DNA of 11,914 bases from the NCBI RefSeq assembly GCF_000143415.4, contig NW_003314294.1, forward strand, positions 1,476,910 through 1,488,823, in the 5' to 3' direction. Numbering within the stretch: the stretch's first letter is position 1; each line of letters opens with the position of its first letter. The position numbers were made by a program, and so were the translations under genes. This DNA is from Selaginella moellendorffii. Its lineage: Eukaryota > Plantae > Lycopodiophyta. Of this stretch, positions 1 through 7,806 are shown piece by piece. Below the pieces are notes generated by a model. It had not been told where the DNA came from. It did not search any database and was given only the letters and a program-made list of their open reading frames with translations.

Positions 1-826
1 CCAAAGGATTGCTCCTCTTCCTTTCATAGTCTGGGACTTCGGGACAACATTTCGGAACACCGTAACCCTACGCGAGCCTCATAGGCACTCTCCTCACCTT
101 CTACCTTTGGGTGCTCTAGCCATGGGCTTAGAACTAGGTTCTGTTGAGCCACGCCAAGTATCCAAGTACACAGTGCCACCCACACTTGGATTGGGAGCAT
201 CGACCATTCGATCTCCCGGGGGAACTAAAGCCGGCTCTTAAACACTTCACCATGCTACTCTACTTGTCAGTCCGTATTCACTCTAGCCTTGGACTTCTCA
301 GTGGTTATCTCATCACCCAACACACCTAGGTACAACCTTTTTGGGCCAAACTGGCCTTTCCTAGCCAAACTGGCTTGATTGGGGTCTAACCCCCACACTC
401 TCCCTACTATACTTTTGGAACCCCCTGCAGCCCCCCCCCCGGGGGGGACAATCACTTTGGGCTTTCACTCAACAACCTATATTAGTATTCGGATTCGGAT
501 TCGGACTCGGACTTGGACTTGGACTCGGCCTTGGTCTCAGTCTCGATTTCAGTTCCATCTCAGACTCCATCTCAGACTCCATCTCGGACTCCATCTTGTG
601 TCCTTCTATGTGTCAGTCCTTTTGTGTCCTTATTTTAGAGACTTACTTATTGCTTGCTTCGTGCTCGTTCCTCGAGCACTTCTTTAGGAGTTCCACTTCT
701 GCTCTCAACTTTTCGAGTCGGAGCTTTTAGTCCATATGTGTTACCTCATTTAGCTTTTGCCTCAACCACTACCACGTGGCACCCTTTTGGCTCCTCTTAG
801 GGGGCCTAGGGATTTTATGTCTCACA
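1..826 (-). mobile_element. LTR remnant, truncated by the window edge; distant relative of the 5656-7637 LTR
   Basis: The block cctactatacttttggaaccccc...actttgggctttcact (about 403-469) resembles 6361-6430 in direct orientation and 4363-4430 in inverted orientation. CCACGTGGCA at 772-781 is collinear with CCACATGGCA at about 6882. The segment ends in ...CTCACA at 826 (TGTGAG on the minus strand), where pol-like sequence begins. No TSD can be checked. Confidence 0.55.
488..596. repeat. Hexamer tandem repeat (YTYGGA) grading into a 12-mer (TCCATCTCRGAC x about 3.5)
   Basis: Read directly: ttcgga x3, ctcgga, cttgga x2, ctcggc, cttggt, ctcagt. The 12-mer units start at 554, 566 and 578, with a partial unit at 590. 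Confidence 0.9.
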
Positions 827-829
827 ATA

Positions 830-2160
830 TGATTATGGATTTGTGGCCAGAATATTGAGGCATTGCTGGATTCTATCTGTCCTTAACTACAAGGTTGTAA
901 AATGCCTCAAGTTGGAGCATTTGGTGGAGCTCAAACCAGCAATGGTTATTGGTGCAAGTGGTGAAGCTATGCATATCTTGAGGTTCATTAGGGATTTACT
1001 GGTTGGGACAAAGGGGATCTTGGTCATTGTTGTTATCAACCACCAAGACTACAACTTCATGCTATGTGGGCTGGAGGTTTATTTACTCCTAAATGAGTAT
1101 CTGAATCCTCATAAGAGAATCTTTTAATTCTTTGGTAGTGAAGGAGAGAAGCTCTAGGTCCCAATAGCAATCTACAAACTACAACATCAAGGGGTAGACA
1201 TATTTGCCTAATAAGTAAGTTGATGGAGTTTTTTCCAATGGAAAAGGCATTATAGAATACAATTGAATCTTTGGTGGAAGCATTAGTGGATGAAATAACT
1301 TGACAACTACATAGGGTGGATATTGCAGAAGGAAACCACAAAACTTATGTTGTGATATAGGCAGCTAGGAAAAAGCAGATAATCTTTGAGAAGGGTGCCA
1401 AGCCGGCCATTGAAGAGGATGAGATGCTAAGATTCTTGGTGAATATGATATTTGGGGATCTAGCTCTAGTAGATGGGAAATGATTTTTCGACATAGGTCC
1501 TAGTGGGATAGGAGCTGAATGTTATTCCCTTGGTCAAGCACTATTGATAAAGAAATTGGCATAGCAGTACCTTGAGGTTGAAGCAATCAATGACAATATA
1601 AACTTTATGATGTAAGCAAGGGTGATAGAGCCATCAATCTCTCCATGGTGTTTTCCTATAGTGCTCACAACTAAGTCGGATGGAAGCCTTTGCATGTGCA
1701 TCAACAACAAGCTGTTAAACAATGTCACAACAAAAGATACACATCTAATGCCTTGGAACGATGTTGGATTGAGTGGGGCAATCTGATCTTCACTCAGTCT
1801 ACTGATAGGTTGGTAGTCAACTTTCTCATGCTGGATAAAAGGGGCTTTACAATTCATTTGGATGCTTTTTGGTTTGTCAAATGCATTAGCAACTTTCCAG
1901 TGCTTAATGAATTGGGTTTGATGAATATGCACAGCTGTACTTTGACAATAGCCTCATTCACTTAGCAAATACTTTGGAGCATATATAGCGTGTGGATTTT
2001 ATATTGTAGGTGCTTGGGGCTAACAAGTTGAGATCCAAGGTGAAGAAATGTTTATTCTTCACCAATGAGGTGCAGTACATAGGGTACTTGGTCACTAGCA
2101 AGGTGAAAATGAAGGACATTTTAGAGATTCAAAGGCCTCTTAGTTTGACAACTATCTTGA
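830..2160 (+). pseudogene. pol: Degenerate Ty3/gypsy pol fragment (aspartic protease + reverse transcriptase)
   Basis: Manual translation: GQNIEALLDS at 845-874 (retropepsin D-S/T-G region); VIEPSISPWCFPIVLTTKSDGSLCMCINNKLLNNVTTKDTHLMP from 1622; MLFGLSNALATFQCLMN from 1862; YFDN at 1938-1949 (decayed YxDD); KKCLFFTNEVQYIGYLV from about 2043. The PR-RT order and motifs are gypsy-type. There are many stops and frameshifts. Confidence 0.92.
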
Positions 2161-2274
2161 ATGTGATTTTAGATATTTAAAAATACTTATCAACTAGTCC
2201 TTACTAACACTCTCTCTCTATTGCCATGACGGCAAAAGATTGGTACTATTGGTTCCCTTCATTAACTTTTCTTG

Positions 2275-2501
2275 TTCAAGTGTTAGTAAATTGGGTTTAG
2301 CATTTATACTTAGCCAGATGAATATAAGGTAGCAACTCTTATGTGTTTCTTGCTAATCATACTCAACCTAGCTTTTACTTATCTTTTGCTTTAATTTGCA
2401 CTAGTTTGGCAAAAACTTTTGTATATTGAGTTTACTCCTTCAATATTACTATATGATAGTTTACCATGTCTACCAAACACCCTTGCTATCATGCCCCATG
2501 T
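2275..2501 (+). mobile_element. Partial LTR copy, left half (inverted homolog of 6618-6846)
   Basis: ttcaagtgttagtaaattgggtttagcatttatacttagcc matches the reverse complement of about 6806-6846 (ttcaagtgttaataaacttgatttagcatctgtacttggct). ccaaacaccct is also shared. Weak similarity may extend left to about 2200. Confidence 0.8.
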
Positions 2502-4157
2502 CAATGGGGGCTTTTCATATTTATCCTCTTGAAAAACCATAGAGGTCCAGTTTCGACACGCTCAAAACTGGCAAAGAGCATATGGGGGGGTTGAGAAGAG
2601 GGGAGGATCCCTAGAACTAGAGTGCGGTTCGGTTCTGTGCAGATCAGATCAAGGAACTAGTGTCCGGTTCTGTGCTGCCCAAAGCCATGCCACTCACTCC
2701 GCAAACGCGTGCTCCCTATCCGTACTGGTGGTGAACTTCGCGCCTTATCCATGGTCCCCAGCCTCATCTCTCCCATGTGGTTGCATCTACAGATGTGAAG
2801 GACTTGAGTCGATCGTGAGATCAGTGAAGGTACACCGCCCTTGCTTGATCTCCATCTGTATGACGCCTACAGTTTTCCAGAGATATAAGAAGCCCCTGGA
2901 GATGTACTGTCCTGGATCCCACAGTGCGGTGAACTGAGGAGGAGTGTGCCGTCTCCGGTAATGGTGATGCTGCTGCTGCCTGGGAGTCCTCTCCTCGCTG
3001 CTGTGTGACTGATCCCCTCCAACTGGGATTGCTGTTTCCAGCCTCCCATCAGGCCGTGCAAGTGTAGTGCCGCCACGCTAGTCCCACGGCCTCATACCAG
3101 TGTAGCCGTACCCTTGGCGCTATCCATCTGGAATCACAACCAAAGGCGAGCCGCTCCTTTCGGATCCGGGTTGAAGCTACGTTTCCGTACTCCAACAAGC
3201 TAGCCTGATGCAGCTTCTGACACGAGCCGTGCCCCTCGAAACATCCCATACATCAAATGGCGTTGCTCCGAGTGCCTTGATCATGGTGGATCCACAACCA
3301 AGGCAAGAAAGGGATCAGCCAACACAGCTGTACCGTACAAATTGGGACTTCAGTGTGCCGTCGAAAGTTGTTCCTTTGCCGATTGGGACTAGGTGTACAA
3401 TCGGAGGGTAGGGAAGTGCTGCCACGTAGTTTGAAGGACCCGGTGCGTGTCGGAGAATAGTGTCCTTTGCATATTCAAATGAGCAGCCGTAACGGCGCCA
3501 AGCGAGTTGTCCCCTCCTTAAGTGGAGCTTGGCTCTCCGGACCCCAAAACTCCGAACCCCAAGTGAATGAGGAAGGAAGGACGCTGCCAATGAGGTTCTG
3601 TGCAGCTAGTGTCCTTGGAAGAAGTTCCAGCAACCGTGGACTCCAAAGCCCCCAACTTGAACCATGTTCCGAAATTTGAACGTTTGGATCTTGCTCGTGA
3701 ACCGTTGGATTGCCACGAAGTTTTGCTGGCGTGTGCTCCTTCAGAGGATCTATCTTCCCACCGTTGCGATCAGTGAAAAGGTACGTGGTTCAGCCGCCGC
3801 CGCAATCCCTAGGTCGTCCATAACCCTAGCCGCCACCAGAGATAGGGTCGCCTTGATCTCCTGATTCCTGGCTCCAAATCGCCTGTTCTTGGACTCAGAA
3901 TGATCGTGGGGATGTGCTCTCTCCAGCCGTGAAAAGGAATCGTGGGAAATCCATGTGGAGAGCTCGCAGTGACTAAAAGAGTACTCTTGACGCTTTCTCG
4001 CTCATGGAACATGCAAATCCAGTGAAACCAAGGCACGGCTTGCTCTCAGCATCGTCCTTATTGCTCTCCTAGTCCTACTCCTACTCTGGATCAAGCACGA
4101 AAGTCGACTCTCAAGGCGCTCCTCTTCTCGCTAAACTTAGGGTTTTTTCTCTAGTCC
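2502..4157 (-). mobile_element. Unclassified 1656-bp GC-rich insertion flanked by a 16-bp target-site duplication; non-autonomous, retroposon-like
   Basis: CTATCATGCCCCATGT occurs at both 2486-2501 and 4158-4173. The two flanks join into one continuous homolog of 6355-6846, where this motif occurs only once (6618-6633). No TIR, poly(A) or long ORF is present. The strand is tentative, based on a telo-box AAACCCTA near the minus-strand 5' end. Confidence 0.8.
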
Positions 4158-4440
4158 CTATCATGCCCCATGTGTTGGTTTTATTCCGGTCCCATATGCT
4201 ATTTATGATAAGTGTCTAAATCCACTCAAGGGGCATATCTATGGAATGTAGAGAGTGTCTTGAATCCCATAGTATTGTTCCTACACCCTGATTTGAGAGT
4301 TAGCACCATTCTATATTTAGTAAGTTTTCACACTTATTCCATAAGTGAACTTCTAGGACTAAAGTGAAAGCCCAAAGTATGTATTCCTCACAGGGGGCAA
4401 GGTATGTGGGGGTTCCAAATGTATAGTAGGATAGTGGTTA
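4158..4440 (+). mobile_element. Partial LTR copy, right half (inverted homolog of 6355-6633)
   Basis: There is a 22-bp exact inverted match between 4233-4254 and 6538-6559. Collinear similarity continues through the TATA-like block (about 4420-4435 vs 6360-6380). Confidence 0.85.
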
Positions 4441-4749
4441 AAATGAATGTTATAACTTTTTCCAACACCTCAATAGGCAAACTCTCAAGAACAAAGTACC
4501 CACTTAGCATAAATGGACTCCAATGTTACTTTTTGTAAGTAAACTAGCTTCACTATCAACCATTTTGGGGTTGATTATTATTTAACCAAACAACACATTC
4601 TCACTATCAAATGGATATGATATAAAAATTATAACTTGATCATTAATCAAGTAACACCACAAGCAATGCCATAATATTATGTAAGTATCAAGTGCCAACT
4701 CAATTCGACAAAATGCAATATAAATGCCACACCCCACTAATAGAAATTT

Positions 4750-5210
4750 ACAACACCCAACACCATTAACTTTTTTCACAACACAGACAAGCCCATGCCA
4801 CTCTTTATCCAACCAAACTCAAAACTAATCCAACACTAAGCTACTCAAGGAGCAAAAGCAAGGTTCCCCAGAAAAGAATTAAGCATTGTAACCTAAGCTT
4901 TCAATAACAAACCTAGACAAAATATTTTAATGCTTCACCATTATCCATTTTATGGCTCACTACTTATAAAACTATCATAACCAATATGCATCAAGACAGG
5001 GACTCTTGATTATATGATGTGAACATGAGCAATGAGTTAACACCTCGTTGCAAATCATCTCTCCAAGAAAAGAAAATGATTTACATGTTTAATCCTTCAT
5101 CCTTAATAACTCTCTTTTCAGTCTCAACTTGATTAAACCTCAAGTTTGCATTCATAGTGCTTTCAGTTTAATCCATGAAAAGTTTATAAGAGAGTACAGT
5201 AATAACTATT
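4750..5210 (-). pseudogene. Highly decayed gag-like region of the minus-strand LTR element
   Basis: It lies downstream of the PBS, where gag is expected. The translation RDDLQRGVNSLLMFTSYNQE...MDNGEALKYF..GL and a CLCCEK patch loosely recall a retrotransposon capsid and zinc knuckle. There are many stops, and the support is weak. Confidence 0.35.
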
Positions 5211-5412
5211 TAAACCAATAGATTAATCCCTATAGTCTTAATAGATCCACTTATAATTATGCCTAAGAAGGATCCACTAAACAGCTACAAGCTATCCTAT
5301 TTGCCACTCATAGCAAATCTAGGGAAGGTTTACTTTCACTCATAGTACATGGAACAACTCATAGTAACCATGCTAACTTAAAGTGTAACTTGAGTTGCTA
5401 ATGTGCCTCAAT

Positions 5413-5496
5413 TATGAGCCCAAGTGCAAACCCATGTAAATGGTACATCTCAATCCATTATATGAGCCTAAGCACAAGCTCATACAATTTGGCACA
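5413..5496. repeat. Degenerate two-copy direct repeat, 48-bp period, in the element leader
   Basis: tatgagcccaagtgcaaacccatgtaaatggtaca (5413) vs tatgagcctaagcacaagctcatacaatttggcaca (5461). Confidence 0.55.
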
Positions 5497-5641
5497 GAAA
5501 GATAACTAAAATCCATACTCAAATAACAAATGCGAAATTATAACACCCAAACGTATACCCACTCGAATCATTTTTTTCATCTCTGCATATGCAATGAGAT
5601 CAGTTGCCCAATATTATTAGATAATACTTAATGAGACTCAT

Positions 5642-5653
5642 CCTTTGATACCA
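5642..5653 (-). other. Primer-binding site complementary to tRNA-iMet
   Basis: The minus strand reads ...GTGCTACA-TT-TGGTATCAAAGG; the canonical plant PBS is TGGTATCAGAGC. It lies 2 nt after the LTR end. Confidence 0.85.
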
Positions 5654-5863
5654 AATGTAGCACACCTGGTTTTCATCCTTTATCCTATAATGATTTACCA
5701 TAGGATAACCATGAAGTGGAAGCTAAACCCTCCATATGCCATGTGTCACATGCCATGTGTCCAAAGACAACAGAGTGGAACCCAAGTTTCATAGCTTTGA
5801 GCCACTAAATGAAGGTATGGAGCCAAACTCCCAAGCTTATAGCCAAGGAGCGAAAGAACTAGA

Positions 5864-6058
5864 TGTAAGCTCCTGAGTTTGGACTTCCCAGGAGGTCACC
5901 CAGCTCAGTACTATTCAAACCCAAGGACGCTTAACTCCAAATATCCCAAGACCCTTAACCGATTGGAAAAGGGGGTGCACTCTTGTTCATGGGCCCTTTC
6001 CCTCTATATTTGAACCCCTATGGATCGTTTCTCGAGTCGTTCCCTTTGGTTGCTTACA
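5864..6058 (-). mobile_element. Cassandra-type TRIM solo LTR (195 bp) carrying 5S rRNA-derived sequence
   Basis: The termini are TGTAAGC...GCTTACA (7-bp inverted repeat). A perfect 5-bp TSD, CTAGA, sits at 5859-5863 and 6059-6063. The internal 5S segment is at 5881-5936. Confidence 0.9.
5881..5936 (-). promoter_or_regulatory. 5S rRNA-derived Pol III type-1 internal control region (A box, IE, C box)
   Basis: The minus strand reads AGTTAAGCGTCCTTGGGTTTGAATAGTACTGAGCTGGGTGACCTCCTGGGAAGTCC. This is about 48/56 identical to the plant 5S sequence as I recall it (AGTTAAGCGTGCTTGGGCGAGAGTAGTACTAGGATGGGTGACCTCCTGGGAAGTCC). The 5' part and extreme 3' end of 5S are absent. Confidence 0.9.
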
Positions 6059-6952
6059 CTAGAGCATGAAATGACTCCTGAACATTCAGCCCAAGAATAA
6101 AGAGACAGGAGTATGGACATTGGAATAGTTCTAAAATATTTGACATCCTAATGCTATGACCAACACGCAAAACAGAGCTAAACAGAGTCTAGTACTATTT
6201 TAGCATATTGATGGCCTAATGCGAGGATATGGGTACTCCACTAGTTAACATGTTGTGGAATTTAGGCTTAAACCTAAGCTGAATGTAAAATAAGGATAGG
6301 CATGCAATTAGAAGTTGCTAAACTATACTTTAGGTTGGTTAACTATGCTCAAACTACCCACTATCCTTACTATATATTTTAAACCCCCCCTCCCCCTTTT
6401 AAGGAACACATATTTTCGGTTTAAACACCCTTAGTACCAGGAGTTAATCTTTGGGACTGACTTGAAACTTATTAAATATGGAATGGCACTAGATTGCAAA
6501 TTTGGACATAGGACCAATACTAACAATAAACTGACAATCTCTACATTCCATAGATATGCTAAATTAACAAATTTAAACACTTTTCATATATAGCAATTAA
6601 AACTGAACAGAACTAACACAAGAAGCATAATAGTGAGGGTGTTTGGCAAATATAATAAGCTATCATCTAGGAAATATTAAAAGACCAATCTCAATATTAC
6701 AGAGGTTCTTATCAAGCTAGTGCAAGACAGAGCAAAAGAAAATTAATAAGTCGGGCCAAGTATGCTTGGCTAAATAGACACTTAGCAATTCCTTATGCCC
6801 ATTTAGCCAAGTACAGATGCTAAATCAAGTTTATTAACACTTGAATACTTCAGCCATGTGTCTGCAAAATATCCTGAATTGCCACATGGCAACTATAGCA
6901 TGGGAGGCAAGGAAATTCCAAGGCTCACTTATTGGCAAGAAAGACCTCAAAG

Positions 6953-6996
6953 TTTAGGGTTTAGGTTTTAGTGATTTCACGCTTTAGGGTTTAGGG
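6953..6996. repeat. Cluster of plant telomere-like TTTAGGG units (telo-boxes) inside the LTR
   Basis: TTTAGGG-TTTAGG-TTTTAG at 6953-6971 and TTTAGGG x2 at 6983-6996. Confidence 0.7.
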
Positions 6997-7806
6997 TGGC
7001 ACCCTATTTTCTTGCTGTGATGAATCATTCCATCGATCTGCCATGTCCTATGCTGTAGCTTGATTCCTCTTGCCAGTTTCATCGTTTAGGCGCAGGAGGC
7101 CAGTCTGCATTTTCTGCATGTTTTTGCCATAGCTTCGTGGATGTGAGATTTTTGGCAGGGTTCTTCATTCTCGGAGCAAAATTTTTCCTCTCATGATCAC
7201 AGTGGTGCCTGAGACAGAGGCATGATGCAGCAACTCTATGTGCTCTTGGTTCCTCATGCCCACAACTGCTCTCATGTTAGAGCACAACTATGTGGAGTTT
7301 GATGGCAACCTCAGAAATGGTTCAGAAAACCAATGTTAAAAACAAGGGGTAAATAACTAAAACTAGTGTTGAAGGCTCATGTACTCACAATACATAATAT
7401 TAAAGGTAATTACAAAGAAAAAATATATAACATATATAAGTCACATAAGTGGTAAGGTGTAAAGTGCCTGATTTGTGTAGTGTACCCTAAGCAAGAATGG
7501 TGAAGCAATAGTCTCCTGAACTCTTAAGAGTAGCTGAATTTCCTGGAAATCATGAGCAAAAACTGGAGTAATTACATCTTCATTCTTCAGAAGCATTTTT
7601 TTTTCAAACAAAAATCAAATTGTACCCTCCTGCTACACAAGGTGGCCGCCTTGTACCATCAACACAAATTCTGCGAGGGAGGTTTGAGCTCCCACGTCTT
7701 GCAATAGATTGATTTGGCCCAAGAATTCATCGATTGGATTCCCCAAAGGCATTGTCCAGGGCACATACTTCTTAGGTTCAGGGTTAGGGTTGTGGCGCGG
7801 GCGGCG

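Larger units (their letters stand above)
5656..7637 (-). mobile_element. 5' LTR (about 1.78 kb excluding the nested insertion) of an LTR retrotransposon
   Basis: A 7-bp terminal inverted repeat is present: TGTAGCA (5656-5662) and TGCTACA (7631-7637). The Met PBS is adjacent. A TATA-like AAATATATAGTAAGG lies on the minus strand at about 6365-6379. Composition shifts abruptly from AT-rich to GC-rich after 7637. The partner LTR is not in the window. Confidence 0.75.

Noticed and set aside
488-596. CRISPR-like array
   Set aside because: It is a contiguous simple repeat with no spacers, in a eukaryotic context.
2502-4157. Hammerhead ribozyme (retrozyme/Penelope-like), or gag/RT coding, in the insert
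   Set aside because: I found no CUGANGA...GAAA core with proper stems and no gag or RT motifs by eye on either strand.
4158-4173. ACA-TGGGGCATGATAG (minus strand) as an LTR end plus unusual PBS, with a 4171-4597 LTR
   Set aside because: Homology to 6355-6846 runs straight through this motif, so it is LTR-internal sequence duplicated as a TSD. I also recognise no matching tRNA 3' end.
144-4812. Short ORFs (60-130 aa) in the repeat region as real genes
   Set aside because: They are products of the microsatellite, pieces or antisense frames of decayed pol, or unrecognisable frames in the GC-rich insert.
5881-5936. Functional 5S rRNA gene
   Set aside because: Only 56 of about 120 nt are present, and they are embedded in a TSD-flanked LTR.
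6953-6996. True or interstitial telomere / chromosome-healing site
   Set aside because: There are only a few degenerate units, within an LTR; telo-box motifs explain them.
7714-7806. TTG-initiated 31-aa N-terminal extension given in the ORF track
   Set aside because: The context is eukaryotic, the ATG at 7807 has a strong Kozak context, and the extension looks like 5' UTR (telo-box-like motif).
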